Position numbers and translations under genes: made by a program. From Amphiscolops sp. MND2022 (taxonomy: Eukaryota), in NCBI GenBank assembly GCA_964187785.1, contig OZ076409.1, forward strand, positions 26,042,001 through 26,106,000: 64,000 nt of DNA, in the 5' to 3' direction. Numbering within the stretch: the first letter of the stretch is position 1; every line of letters starts with the position of its first letter. Below are positions 12,915-27,197 of the stretch, one piece after another. The notes under the pieces were generated by a model, which saw only the letters and a program-made list of their open reading frames with translations, had not been told where the DNA came from and did no database searches.

Positions 12915-15900
12915 TGTAACGTCCGGCTAGCGGCGCACATCTAGGAAAAGGGACAATGCCTAGGGTGCTTAAACAGGAGACCGTTGTCTTATTACAGCCC
13001 TAGACACCAGTTTTTGATCCCAAAATGGTCTCCAAGGGTACTTTTCTTTCGTCTAAGGAGGCTCCTCTAATTAGAGCTCCGAGGCGACGTGCCGGCACTC
13101 TCAAAGTCCGGACACGCCCCACAACCCTGTAAAAACGAATCCTAGGTTCCTAATGCGTTCCTGCGACTTCCCACATACTTCCGAGGCCAAAAAACAGAGG
13201 TTTAGCTAAAGTACATCAATTCTGCGAATAAGATCTAAAATGGGCAAAACAGGGATCTAGTAGATCCTGAACCATTATAAATCTGCGAAATAAAGGGCAA
13301 TAGCTACAAATGCACTAAAAATGATAAAACATGCTGATCTTCATGCAGTTCCCAAAATCTTCGGGCAAACCACCGTCGGGTTCTCGATCTCCTTCGGGCC
13401 TTCCAGGACATCCTTTCGGGTATGACACAACCCATGGTTTTGTTCTCTTAAGCCTTTTCTGGGTTTCTGCGGGTGTCAGGGACAACGAGGTCTGTCTCTC
13501 GGGCTGGGTCTGGCTCCGTTCTGTCTTTTTTCGCTTCCTCTTCGGTTTTCGTACCTGCCGGGTCGGCCATCTTGAATGTGCTTGTTTGATGCCGCACATT
13601 TCGAATTTTTGATCGAAATTTTCAAAATTTTCAGCAACGCCGACTGCCGGACGTTACATCCTCCGCGGGCCGTAGTTTGTCGTCCTCGACAAACGAGAGA
13701 GGACGTTCACATCTTGGTTGCCACCATCCATGAATCCAGTGATACTGTTGCAACATGGTACTTCAGGAATCTAAATGGAAGTCGTTGCCCAAAAACACGT
13801 TATTGCCCAAAAACAAGAGTTTTTGCCAGCCTAGCAGGCTTCCTTGGATTCCACACCAACAACGAGTTCTTGCACTGGAAAAATATTAGCAACTTTAGAC
13901 ACTTAGCCTTATATTCAAAACAATTTCAAACTTTTAATTTCGCACCAAAATTTCAAAATTTCTAGCACCTTATTGCATCTGAATAAAAAGCACTCATCAC
14001 AACAGGTCTGTCACTGACCAGGGGCCCACCTGATAGGTTAGGTTTTACAAAATGCACGATAGCACTTGAAAAGCGAAAAATAAAAGTAACAGCTGTGGTC
14101 CTGCAAAGTTCATGGCCAACAGAAACTGCACAATAACTAGCATCAAGGGTGAAACAGGCCTCAAAAAAATCAAAAATATTACCAAAAGTGAGAACCCATT
14201 CAGTCTATTGTATTAGCAGTGTACGCTCAGATAAAGCTATTGTCTAGGTAGTACAAGCACCAGTGTATAGGCAAGAGATGGAAATAAACTGCTTCTCAAG
14301 AGGACGACAATGTCACTAGCGATGATAGAGCAGAACCAATAAAAGTCAAAAATCAGGCATGATAGATCATGAAAACAGTCTTCGGCATTAAAAACAAGTT
14401 CCAGAGCAATCATTGGAGTTCTAAAAGCACGGCCGCAGGCCAAGCAGTTCTCAGAGCTTCGAAGCTCCAGGTGTTTCATCATGCTTGGTGGTAATTTCTC
14501 TCGGGAGAGTACGGGTACTTCCCTGGCCAATCTCTTGTCCGGTGTTTTCACATCGACATGGTTCACGCAACTGTGGTACCGAGCATCAAGGTACACCTTA
14601 GGCATGAATCGAGCAACGAACACTGATTTTTTGAGAAGCCTGTTTGGCTACAGATGTTAGATTGTCTGAAAAGTCCGTTTGTCATTCATGCTGCCCTGTT
14701 TCTGGAGAACACAAGTAATAACAAAAATGTGATTGGAGACTACGTGTAGACCTTGTGGGTGAGTAGGAGGAGAGACACTGAGTTTGAAGTGGTTTTTTGC
14801 CTTACGATCGTAGTACGATCAGTAAAAGAGTTCTTTTTCAACTATGGTAGTCAATAGTGTACTTGTTGTTCTGTTTTGAGACGCACTGCCTAAAAACGTG
14901 CTTTGATAGCAGTCAGGAGGCGAATTTCCATTTTCGGTTTTTCAAATCTATGTCTCGTAGACCGGTTTTCTCAGAGACCCGAGATCTTAGGGTCAGCTTA
15001 GCACTAATCAAAGTGATTCAACAAAGCATCCTGAGGGGGCCTGGTATGGTATGCTAATGGGGTCGCCTTGGCCCTCACTGGCACGTACACTGACAAAAAC
15101 TATGTGATTTTTTGCAAAAATGATAAAAATCAACAATTTTCTTGTCAACATGCACCTCCGGGGAAGGTGAAAATCACTTCTAGCACTGCTAGCGACCTGA
15201 AAATTTCACACCGTCTAACACACTGGCTGAATCGTGGGGAATAAACCTCCGATTGCGTTAAATTTAATTCTGCGTGGAGCACGGCCACTTAATAATGTTC
15301 ACTAGAAATTTGACTATGTCGTGAAATTCACAGAAAGTGGTCAAACTCGCCTTCTAGGCGTTTCAGCCACCTAAACATTTGCATGCGAGCGTACCTTTTG
15401 CCCACGTACCAGAAAAACACGGCGGCGAGGTGCCTGTGTCAACATCCGGCGATCCGAGGTGACAAAATCTTGATGTACCAGAGGTACCACTTTTTCGCAT
15501 GTCAATTTCTCAGCTTTGGCTAGTAGCGGGTTGCTCAAACTGCACAAATCGTCGGTATCTAGTGCCGTGCGTACAAAAATGCAAGAATTTTAGTGCTGGG
15601 ATACCTGCGAGGTATTGCACTATGCTCAACTAAAATTCCATTTTTTTGACATTTTCACACGAATTTCGAGCAAAACTTCGGCTAAGTTTTTTCCACGAGT
15701 ATTAATGATAGCGCCATCAAAATCACGCTACTAGCATAACTTTTTGCGCTCTACACGATGGTGCAATCAATTTTTAGTTCTTCCTGCTAGGAGAGATTCC
15801 GACTTGTCAAAAGTACGTGATTGTCGAATTCCAAAAATGTCGCTAAAACGACGCGTTTTCGGCTATTTCTCAACAACCACTGATTGGAATCACTCGCGGT

Positions 15901-17897
15901 TTTCTGCGTTAGTAACGGTACGCTCTATAATAAGAGAAAATAGGCAAGCGAAACCTGGTAGGTTCCAAATAAGGTCTCTCAAAAAATTTTCAGATTGCAC
16001 TTTTTACACTCTCGGAACAGTACTAAAAATACGTATTTTCGCCAAGAACTTGATCTTTCTTTTGTTCCGTGGCGTTCTAAATAGTTTTAGCAGTAATGTC
16101 AAAATACGTAACAACTTTATTTAGGAGACTGGGGTGGTTATAATAATTAATTCGATTTCAATAACACTCAGGCCTATGGGGGTCCTTAACTCAGGTCTGT
16201 TTGTAAGAAAGAATGGGAATGTTAAAACTTCAATTTATATTGGGGATGGTCAAAAACTGTCTTGGCAGTAGTGTTTTGTACCACCAAGCTCAACAACAAA
16301 ACTTTTGGGACGTTTAAGAGGCTTTGGAACTAATGTCCAAGGCTTCGTTCTTACCAAAATTGGTCAAAATGGCCAATTCTGGCGATTTTTTAACAAAAAT
16401 TGCTGAATTTTTCGCGTTTTTTCGAAATGCAGCCCAACAAAAAGTTTTGTGCTCAACCTAGTAGATCTATCAGAACGTTTTTTGCTATTCCCACAGGCCG
16501 TGTTCAACTCTATAGGTTTTTGGCTTTCAAAACTGAAAAAATCAGGATTTGAGCCATAATAGGCGTTATTTTCGATATTTTTCGAGTTCATATCTTGAAA
16601 TAACTGGCGTAAACACCCTCTGGGTATTCTTTCCAGTTAGTTGATGTAGAAATAGGCCTGGGAATTTTGTTTTTGGGCTAGAAAACGTAATGGGAACGAA
16701 ATAACCCAGTTGTCGTCGTAGAATGGGCAACAGGAGGGGAGGTGGAGGTGATGATGTGAAGCACCTGACGTCCTGCTCTCAGCTAGCTGGGGCCTTCACG
16801 AACCATCCTCTCAGTCCCTGTACATTGCTAATTAGCTGAAAATAGGCTGGAAAACCCGCTAAAACAAGCTCCAGATAGGCCGGAATAACTTTTTCAGCTA
16901 ATGCAGATAAAGTATGAAGGGGTACGCTGTTTGAAACTGTCTATCTTTGGTTCTAGACCTCGGAAACATGCAAGAACCGCAAGAAAATTACTACTACAAG
17001 GCCCGAGGGGCTCAAAAAAAGCAATAAAAAGAATCTAGGACCCTCCAGAAAGCTTTTCCTAGATCCGGACCTAACAGGGCCGGAAAGCAGGAGTTGCTCC
17101 TCGCAGGACGTGGAAATGGAAAAATATCCCTCTGTGGTTGCCATAAAAACTATTTCAGATGTAACGTCCGGCTAGCGGCGCACATCTAGGAAAAGAGACA
17201 ATGCCTAGGGTGCTTAAACATGAGACCGTTGTCTTACTACAGCCCTAGACACTAGTTTTTTATCCCAAAATGGTCTCCAAGGGGGACTTTTCTTTCGTCT
17301 AAGGGGGCTCCTCTAATTAGAGCTCCTAGGTGACGTGCCGGCACTCTCAAAGTCCGGACACGCCCGACAAGCCTGTAAAAACGAATCCTAGGTTCCTATT
17401 GCGTTCCTGCGACTTCCCACAAACTTCCGAGGCCGAAAAACAGAGGTTTAGCTAAAGTACATCAATTCTGCGAATAAGATCTAAAATGGGCAAAACAGGG
17501 ATCTAGTAGATCCTGAACCATTATAAATCTGCGAAATAAAGGGCAATAGCTACAAATGCACTAAAAATGATAAAACATGCTGATCTTCATGCAGTTCCCA
17601 AAATCTTCGGGCAAACCACCGTCGGGTTCTCGATCTCCTTCGGGCCTTCCAGGACATCCTTTCGGGTATGACACAACCCATGGTTTTGTTCTCTTTAGCC
17701 TTTTCTGGGTTTCTGCGGGTGTCAGGGACAACGAGGTCTGTCTCTCGGGCTGGGTCTGGCTCTGTTCTGTCTTTTTTCGCTTCCTCTTCGGTTTTGCCGG
17801 TTCGGCCATCTTGAATGTGCTTGTTTGATGCCGCACATTTCGAATTTTTGATCGAAATTTTCAAAAATTTCAGCAACGCCCACTGCCGGACGTTACA
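12915..17897 (-). mobile_element. Non-autonomous LTR element (LARD-like; Gypsy-type termini)
   Basis: Near-identical ~740-bp LTRs at 12915-13658 and 17160-17897 with 13-bp inverted ends TGTAACGTCCGGC..GCCGGACGTTACA. Minus-strand PBS-like TGGCAACCACAGAGGGA (~17128-17144) and purine-rich tract next to 13658. No gag/pol recognisable; apparent TSD GGT(T). Confidence 0.8.
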
Positions 17898-18520
17898 GGT
17901 TTACACGGTCCTTTTTGCACCAAGAGTGCTAGTCGCTTCTCACGTCATGCTACTCTCAATTCTCTCATAAAGCAGACGTTGGGATCTCTCGACTTGCCTT
18001 CACTGTTCGAACCGCGTGGACTGTACCGAACTGATGGCAAACGCCAAGAGGTAAATGGTCACCTGGCTTAATGCCATTTGGCTTAAAGTCATTTGGCTTA
18101 ATACAATTGGTCATTTGTTACCGGTGTTACTATGATTCCTTGGGAAATGGGTAAACAGCTGGTGTGGGATGTCCTGGTTGTGGATGCTTTTGCACCCAGT
18201 CGCCTGAATCAAGGCTCTTTATGCAACCCGGGAACCACCGCCACCGAGGCTGAAGCGCGTAAAATTGAGAAGTATCGCGAATTAATAGACAATGGATACA
18301 TTTTTCAGCCGGTGGCCTTGGAAGTACAGGGTTCTTTAGGCGAGAGCAGTAAAATTTTCATCACGCGTCTCTGTAAAATGCTCTGTCGTTCACACGACGA
18401 TCAACGAGCTGACAGCTTTTTGGTTGAAAGCAACGGGTTTCAATGGTTCTTCAGATCGGCAATGCGGCCTGTGTTCTAGGAACTGTGACCGACAGAGATG
18501 CGTTCGAAGAAATTTATTAT
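17898..18520 (+). pseudogene. 3' end of a CRE-like non-LTR retrotransposon (zinc knuckle + restriction-like endonuclease)
   Basis: GLHG..C.KS..RFSRHATLN, EPRGLYRTDGKR, PWEMGKQLVWDV, AEARKIEKY, GNAACVLGT; small insertion at ~18048-18121 and a frameshift. Confidence 0.85.
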
Positions 18521-18703
18521 ATATAACGTAATTTTTTTACCTTTATATCATAGCAGCTTTTAAAAAATTCTACCGGTCGACTGTATAGTGGCTGGTTTGA
18601 GTAGTTTGTTGGTTGTTTTTATTGTTACTGTTCTACTGGTATAGTGGCTGGTATGTGGTTCCCTACTTTCGTTGCAGACCACGGGTGTGTGTCTTCGGAT
18701 GCA

Positions 18704-19233
18704 GGTCATTTCGCCTAATGCCATTTCGCCTAAAAATTTAGTTGAGTCATTTCGCCTAAAAAATTAGGCGAAATGACCAAACGGGAATAACGTCTAAATA
18801 ATCATGTTTCGAAAAAGGCTTTCTGAAAGCGAAAATATCAAAATGTGGGGCATATTTGGTGTATGCACACTCGCCCTCACCGTCGCAAAGACCAGCTCCC
18901 ACTACGATCGCTTCGCGATCTCCGTTCCCGCTAGGTCTTTGCTCCTGTTCGACCTCGCTTAGCAAGATGGAACATAAGCGGCCCCAAGGGGCCGCGGGGC
19001 ACTAGAAGGAATGGGACATATCCGAGGCACGTTTTCTATTTTATATCACTTTTTAGTTTTAGATCTTAAACGATTTATTTGTTTTTTTCAATTTCATGTG
19101 TTTTTCACGTTTCTGAAAAAAAATTAGGCGAAGTGACCAAAGTAAAAGACGTTTCGCCTAAAAAAATTAGACGAAGTGACCAAACACGTTAGGCGAAATG
19201 ACTTTAGGCGAAATGGCATTAGGCGAAATGACC
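18704..19233. mobile_element. Foldback/MITE-like element with TIRs built of CATTTCGCCTAA repeats
   Basis: ggtcatttcgcctaatgccatttcgcctaaa on the left; its reverse complement tttaggcgaaatggcattaggcgaaatgacc on the right. Confidence 0.7.
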
Positions 19234-21140
19234 ATTTCCCGTGTCTTCTCCCCCAAACATGATGATTCACATGGCACTTGATTGATGACGAAGATCCATG
19301 ATATCTGATAGAGGTTAAAAAAGCAAAGAAAACTTTTGGTACCGTGTCGTACAACTATATTCGATCATTGGCAAGAAAGTCTGCATTTATTCGAGCAATT
19401 TGAAAGCAGAACTGTGTATTATCAGGAGTATTTTGCAATTTATTATGACTACGACGACAAGAAGACTTGGAGAGTTTTGAATAATACTCATTGAAAAAGG
19501 CGAAAAGATGAGCGAACACCTTTTCCTCTATGGATAAAACTTTTATTAACATTATTATAATTTCATTCTTAGTTGGCGATTCATGACGTGAAACGCGACT
19601 AAACTAGTGGCTTCTTATTAATCCACACGAACTGACCAAAATAGTTCTTGGAAGTTATATGAAATTTTATGGTGTCAAATTTAACCATTTGGCCCAGCGA
19701 ACTGAACGAAAAAGGTTTTTCCTTTTTTTTCCGCGTAACATACAATACCGGGCGAGGCTAAAGGGTCTCCGTTAACATTGTGAAACTTTCTTTATCATTT
19801 CTGCGATAGCAGCGATATCATTGAAATCTCAAGATTTCAACTTGTTTTCAGTAAAATTTTTGTCGTGATACTGAAAATTTCAGATATTTTGTTCGGCATT
19901 GAGTATAAGCGTGAGATTTAAATTTCTCAAGCTGCCGACAACAATTCGTTTCTCGTGCGATGGAACGAGCGAGTGGTAATTATGCTTTCGTACCTCGAGT
20001 TATTGACATAAAGTGAATGAGTGTTAATTATTCGATCGCTGAGAGCTTCGCCTGCATTCAAATGCGAATGCGAAATTCGTGTCTACGCTTAATAGGTATA
20101 TTTTCTTTAGTCCGAGAAGAATTAAAGCAATGTAAACTGGTAGTGATTAATTGTGCGCTATATTAATGATTAAGATTTGCTTCTATTATTGTGGAAAGCC
20201 TAAAAGCAGAAAACTACTGTGCCCCGCAGGGGCCCTTTTTTGAATATTTTTCCCCAAAGGATCCTCAATTCACCAATACTTTGACACTTTGAAGTCCTTT
20301 TGCTTTTTTGAGCCTCAGATATGGCGCCGACTTATGTCGTTCCCGGCTTCTTCGTTCTTCATTGAGGCTATTTACCTCATGTTTCGAGAACCACTGGTAC
20401 CATGTGTTTCTCAGTCTCCAACTTGAGAATTAGCAGTTTGCATTTTGGAACAAGGGGGACTATTGGAATTTTGTTTACGTAGAGAAAGTGGTAACTTTTT
20501 CAACATAGGTATTTTTCTAATTTCATCAAAACCCCTAAATTACACGAGGCCAGGAGTTTTTCTGCCAGCATGGTCCCCATGCTTGTGACGTGGTGTAGAG
20601 ACAAAAATCGTTTTTCCGACTGGTGAATTTGCAACATCTTACTGTCCATCTTCGCGTTCAATTTTTGTCATGAAATGATTTTCTTAATTTTTCAAAACTG
20701 AAATGGACAATTTAAATTGAATTTAATGATAATATAAATTCTGATTCTCAAAATTGCATCCTTTGTTGGTATTTCCAACAGTTTGAAAATTTATTAATGG
20801 TTTTCATATTTTATAATACTTGCGGTTAAATTTGTTGGTTTATTTAATTTTCGATGGCGATGCCTTTATTTCAGTCCATTCTGCTGGGACTTGGAGGATG
20901 CTTGTACAATATTTTGCTCTTACAAAAACGTGAACTGATTATACAGTTGACTTGAAGCTGATAAGAATATCTGACTTTCATTAGTTCTTTCTAATTGTCA
21001 ACTCAAAATTGTTTAACGCTTGTTTGATATTAGATGTAATCTTATTTGCCCAGTCCCACGGATGATTGTCATTCCAACACCATCAGAATATTCATGATAA
21101 TCGTGTGGAGCTAGTTTCAGATTGTTTTGGTTGTTCTTTA

Positions 21141-21267
21141 ATGGCAGAAACTAAAACTGACAAAAAAGATGACGATGTCAAGTTGCAGAGGGAGGTGGGT
21201 TTGTTGGGTGGCATATCCTTCATTGCCGGAACCATGATTGGTTCTGGTATTTTCGCTAGTCCTTCCG
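21141..21267 (+). CDS. SLC7/LAT-family amino acid transporter, exon 1
   Basis: MAETK...LQREVGLLGGISFIAGTMIGSGIFASP (LAT TM1 signature); donor GTGAGT at 21268. Confidence 0.92.
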
Positions 21268-21823
21268 GTGAGTTTATAAGGATTTTTTTAAAATTTTTGA
21301 TGGAGCTTTGAGGTTGTTTTAATTGTCTCGTTTGAAAAAAAACTAAGTACACTATTTTCTAAATTGGTCCTCCACTTGTTAAAATTTATCCTATTTAATT
21401 TTACTGGACAATTATTGATACAGCAAGGAGGCTCTACAGCTTGCAGCGTGACAGCACCACTTCCAACACTCATTTTTAGACTGGCCCTCTAGGTAAATAA
21501 TGTGCAAACATCTCTTATCGCTAGCAAACCTGCTTTCGTAGCGCGCGGTCCTTATTTAAAAATTTACTACATCATTACTCTACAAGAACTTACTACATCA
21601 TTGAGAGAACTATAATACTCCGGAGATCGAGGTTGCGTCCTTCAGGCCTCAATATTATAAAAATATTTCGAGATTTGCATAAATTTTCAATTTTCGATAG
21701 TTTTAATTTAATTTTTAATTTAAAGTTTTTCGATATGGAAGCGTACTGGCGGAAAGGTATGTAGAAAAAAAACATGAATATTGAGTATAGCAAGGTTCTA
21801 TTCGTGGTAGAACTTTTTTACAG

Positions 21824-22049
21824 GAGCTTTGGAAGCATCAGGAAGTGTGGCCTTGGATTTGATAGTGTGGGGTTTGTGTGGAATTTTGTGTCTGATGGGA
21901 GCTTTGTGTTACGCGGAGTTGGGAACGTTGATCACCAAATCTGGCGGAGAGTACCAATATATCAAAAGTGCTTTCGGCCCAGCTGTTGCATATCTCTTTT
22001 CTTGGACAACCGTCGTTGTTTTGAAACCTTCGGCGTCCGCTGCTATAAG
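21824..22049 (+). CDS. SLC7/LAT transporter, exon 2
   Basis: TACAG acceptor; GALCYAELGTLITKSGGEYQYI..FG; donor GTAACT; phases consistent. Confidence 0.92.
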
Positions 22050-22448
22050 GTAACTGATTTGTTTCTATTTCTTCAAGCGTTTCATAGTTTGTAATATGGT
22101 TGGTTATCGTCTACGTGAATCGAAAAGTTTTTGTTAATAGAATTCACTGGGAAGTTTTCGAAAATGCCATTTTGAGTTATGAGCTGTCAAAAATGGATCT
22201 TATACGGAGTTTCCTTGTTTATTGCAGAGCCTTTATATAATTGAGCTGATATTTGAACTTTGTTTTTGGTTGGATTAACGATCTAAAATCGTGTCTTACC
22301 AATTATGGTAGTATGTGCCTTACTAGTCTGATCACAAGTAACGTATAATATTGGTCACATTCAGTTATCAGCCCTCTAGAACGAATAATTGGTATCAACA
22401 TCGTTTTTGTAGAATTTTTTGATAATGTAATGAGCCGTTTGATTTCAG

Positions 22449-22581
22449 CTTAACGTTCGCTGACTACGCGCTGAAGATTTTCATGGACTGTGAGTCTGTG
22501 AGGGCTCAGAGGTTACTGGCTATTTGTGTCATTTGGATCATCGGTTTTGTTCACATCTACAGCGTCAAATTATCCAATAAG
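22449..22581 (+). CDS. SLC7/LAT transporter, exon 3
   Basis: TTTCAG acceptor; SLTFADYALKIF..C...RLLAICVIWIIGFVHIYSVKLSNK; donor GTTTGC. Confidence 0.88.
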
Positions 22582-23679
22582 GTTTGCTCAAACATTGTTT
22601 TTCCCTTTCATTCTAATTGAATGAATTTTCCTGACATCTAATAGTTTACCTGATCTGGCAAAACTTCAAAAAATTACCAAAAAAGTTTTTTCTTGGTATT
22701 GGCGAAAATGGAGCAATTATGATTCACCAAATTTACTCATTTCAAACATTTTGGAATCTTTTCTACATGAACATTTTTTGCGACAATACTTGACGGCAAA
22801 ATTATCTAAAAATCAAACTTTTCGATTTTTTTCAGAACAAACACCACTGGTAGAGGAGCAAAGAAGGTACCATTTGCTGTATGCTAACAGCCCTCGCTAC
22901 GGAGCGTTGAGAATCATCATTGTTGAATTTTTACGGCCTATTTTTCATTCAGTTTTAATTTTCATGTCATTTCGAAGTATTCTGCGAAATACATGTACAA
23001 AGAAATTGAAGTTTATCAAATTTCATCGGATCAAACTTCACCCATGTATCACTTTGCATCTTCCCTGATGATGATTTTGTGACTATTTTGCAATAATACT
23101 TGAAAGATATAAAATGTGCTAAGAAAAGTTAAATGAAAGCGTGTTTTCAAAGACTTGCAAGTTAGGGATTTATCGTTAACCTTAAGTTGACCAGGAAAAT
23201 TCTGGATCCATCCAAAAATCGGGAGCTTAAACTTTAAACCACAATATCCTAAACTATTCAAGTCCGACAAACGATTTATTGAGCGTTCGAAAGAGGAGAA
23301 TCAGGGCTTTCAAATCAACTTTTACACTGCTAGGCTGGACGCTGGCTCCGGACTTTGCGCCAAAACTTTGCACGCGTCGTGTCTCTGATTGCTTTTCAGC
23401 GTGTTTCAAACACGCTGGGGCCGTTTTGACCCAATGATGATACCAGTGGGATAAAAGGGCCACCAACGAAAACTGGAAAAACGGAGAAGCTGCGCTCATT
23501 TTTTTGGTCCCATTTTCTTGATTTCGAGCACATCATGTCAATATTCCGTGAAAAGGTGCGGGCTGCTATGCAATATCGTCTGAAAATTTTATTCAAGCGT
23601 TTTCTTTACCAAACAATCAGCTGGTGCGTTTAGAAGTTTGCAGAATCTAAATGTGCCGAATTCGTACCAGTGGTCAAGT

Positions 23680-26600
23680 TAGGGTTAAATGACATTTCGT
23701 CCTATGCAATGTCAGCCTATTGCATTTTCAACTTTCCGCAATGTCGACCTAATTAATTTTGGCTATTTAGTCCTAATTCGGTTATTTCAGTACAATATCT
23801 AGTAATGAATCAAACAGCCTTAATTAATGGGAATTACTCACGAAGCTGAAACGTATCAGAGCCGGCCTACAAATCAGCGCATCTGATTTTAGAAACATTT
23901 TGAAATGAAAACCACCTGAAATAATTAGTTTAGGTCGGAATTGCGGAAGGTTGAAAATGCAATGTGTTGAAATTGTGAGCGGTTAAAATGCTTAAATGTC
24001 ATTTTGTCCTATGCAATTTCAACCGCTTGCAATTTCAGCCCAATTTTAGATAGTTCAATGTCGTTGCGTTCTTTGCGAACGTCCTAAAACTAATTAAACA
24101 TAATCGAAGCGCGGCAAAGTAAATGCACATAAACTGTCAAGACGCATATTATTGAACGCATTGAAAACTTTCGTTGCAATAAAATTTTCACTGTTCGAAA
24201 AGGACAGAATGATGTAATCGTATGACGCAGTTTTAAAATGCATTCAACAACATGTTATACGCGATATAAGTAAGAAAGTGGAGCTACTGAACATTTATGA
24301 TGAAGACTTTGGTTAAACGCTATTGAAAATTCGTCATTTTTTGAAAAATTCAGTTAAAATTAACAACTTAGACAAGTGCTACTCCTTTAAAAGCTTTAAA
24401 AGCTTGGTCTGATTCCTCTCACGCTCTTCTGGTTTCACAGGCATGGTTCTAATGTGCCTACATCAAAGAGCAGTTTTGGGGTGTAGTGTGCGCCAATCAC
24501 CTTCGGTACCCGACCGGGGGGGACGCAACCGGGTGCCAGTTAATTGTAAGTGATGAAAAAATATTCCCATAGAAGAATTGAATTGAGCAAAACTCGAATT
24601 TCAAATACACACAAAACGAATCATATCAAACAAATCAATGCAGCAATATAGTCAGTTCATTGTTTTCATCCAAAGTTGGCGACTGCTCGCAAATGAGGCA
24701 CGACGTCCTCAAAATTGTAGTCACTTTGTATGACTTGCATCGGTTTTTTTAGGAGTCGGAAAAAATTTTCGACTACTTATGCAATCGTGTTGTTTTTTTT
24801 TGTTTTTTTTTCTCCCGACCTTTTCATTGAAATTTCAAATTTCTCAAAAACTGTCCATACGATTTTCACGAAATTTTGCACAGTCATTCTACAACCAAAG
24901 GGGCCCCTGCGTGTGCAAAGGCATCAAAATCGTATGGCTGGGATGTGAGAAACATAGCCAAAATTAGCCCAAAAATGGCCAAAAAACAGCAATTTTTCGA
25001 CTTTTTTCGATTTTCTCAAAAACTGTCCATACGATTCGAACGAAATTTTCTACAGTTATTTTACACCATATTAGAGTCCTATATGTGCAATGGCATCAAA
25101 ATCGTATGGCTGGGATGTGAGAAACATAGCCAAAATTAGCCCAAAAATGGCCAAAAAAACAGCCATTTTTCGACTTTTTTCGCTTTTCTCAAAAACTCTC
25201 CATACGATTCGAACGAAATTTTCTACAGTAATTCTACACCATATTAGAGTCCTATATGTGCAATGGCATCAAAATCGTATGGTTGGGATGTGAGAAACAT
25301 AGCCAAAATTAGCCCAAAAATGGTCAAAAAGGCCATTTTTCGACTTCAGAAGGAAAAAGACCTAAGCCGACTCCTTTACCGCACATGCGGCTCTGGTTTT
25401 ATTTTTTTTCTCATCGGGGGCGCTTGGACCAAATAATTCCAGTTATCTCTTGGATGTATTCGAATTTCTGCATTTTCGAGTCTTTCTCCAAATTCCGTAG
25501 AAGCAACCAGACGTTTGAAATAAGCTTGAAGTCCATAATGCCAGCCTTCTACGCTCTTAGTTGTCCTTGCCACTCCTTCGCCAGCGGCCTCCAATTGGTT
25601 CCATATTTGGAAAGTTGCCTTTTTCGTGACTGTGGGGCCTTCTATATAAGTATTTTTAAAATAGAGTGCGAATCCGTCCAGTTTTTCGCTGATGCTTTTA
25701 CTTGACAGGGCGGAACATGGGCAAGCGCAGGTCGCATTCTAAGTGCCAAGTTGAAATCCAGGCAGTTTTCCTAAAAAAACTTTCAGACCAATTTTGTTTA
25801 TTTTCCGGTTAAACGATTGCGTCAGGTGAAAGTAGCAGCATGAAATGTTCGCATCTGGAAATTATTTCACTGGATTGGTTCAATGCTGCTTTTTCAAAAT
25901 CTGCTAGGATGCGATCTGGTTTTCAGTTCGTTTCTCCGAAGTGCAAATCCAGCATTCGGGAATAGGTTTTTCCTGCTTTGTTGGGTGGTAGCAAATGAAC
26001 ACAAGGGAGCGCAAAACCTTTTAACTCAAATGTGGATTGTGTATATTCGGTAAACATGGTCCGGTGATAATTTGGAAGTTCAGTCAATCAGCTATGTTTT
26101 TGAAAAATTAAACAAATTTTTCCTCGTTGTATCGCCAAACATCAAAATTCTTTCGCTTGCGGCAAGTTGTTCTGATCAAGTTTTTTTTCGGCAATGAAAG
26201 CTGGACTGCATAATCGTCAGAGATTACCGAAATTTCATTGATTTTGGCCACCGTAGGTGTCAATGACTCTGACTTGTTTAATTTGGTTCACAACTTCTTT
26301 CGCTTTACACTCGGAAGGGTCACTTTCATGAGTGAGAGACTGTCTTTCAAACTAATTACCGCTTTCTGATTTGTCTTCAAAACGGCTGGGCATTTAATTG
26401 AATAATACGTCGTGCATCTCCATTGTATGCAAATTGAAGTGACTTCGATTGTAACAGTAACCGTTATGTACTGCGATATTGCCCCCTCTATTCGATTTCA
26501 TGATTTGAATTAACATTTTGAGTTTTCAGTTCCAAAATTATTGGGCTTGCTGTGTGGAATGTTTACAATTCAGATGACTTCGCTATTTATACTACGAAAA

Positions 26601-26690
26601 CGTGTGATAGGTTGAAGTAAACGGATGAAATTTCAAGCTGTTGAATTTGTGAACGGTTGAAATTGCAAGGGACGAAATGTCCTGACACCG
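23680..26690 (-). mobile_element. Degenerate Mutator-like (MULE) DNA transposon in SLC7 intron 3; boundaries approximate
   Basis: Minus-strand remnants RILADFEKAALN, CCYFHLTQSFNRKI and RTTKSVEGWH. Inverted terminal motifs gacatttcgtcc..tgcaat (23691) and attgcaagggacgaaatgtc (~26662-26681). Confidence 0.75.
24751..25396 (+). mobile_element. Helentron-associated HINE/DINE-1-like element with ~172-bp internal tandem repeats
   Basis: Sub-terminal IRs AGGAGTCGG..CCGACTCCT, 3' stem-loop CCGCACATGCGG, inserted in a T run without TSD. The empty site is visible in the duplicate at ~27567. Confidence 0.8.
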
Positions 26691-27197
26691 GTTCAAAGTG
26701 CCTAGGATGAACTGTCCTGACACCGGGATTTGTTTTGATAATCGAATAGAATAATTAATTTCCTTGGGGTAATAAATTTGATTATTGAACACATTATCTT
26801 GTTTCTACATAAGCTGAAAATGTTATAGAAGCCGTAAATATGATACTTTTCCAGATTTCTACCATCACATTTTGGTTTACTAGTCTCTAGCAGTTAGGCA
26901 GTGCCTTTCCAAGTCTTCAGCTGGCGCTTTCATTGAGATGAAACGAATGAGTGTATTATTCGTACGCCCAGTTTCGCCTGCGTTCAAATACGAATGCGAA
27001 ACGTCATTGACGTTTAGTAGTTATGTTTCCTCAAGTCCAAGAAGAATCAAAGGCGATGTTAACTAATTTTTCGTACGCTATATAATTGAATAAAAGGAGT
27101 GTATAGTTAAGTTAATTCAGAGGTTTTTAGGAGTCGGGAAAAATTTTCGACTACTTATGCAATCCTATCGTTTTTTTCTCCTGACCTTCCATTGAAA

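Noticed and set aside
13315..13612. Short ORFs repeated at 17550-17876
   Set aside because: They lie within the LTRs; recurrence reflects LTR identity, not coding constraint.
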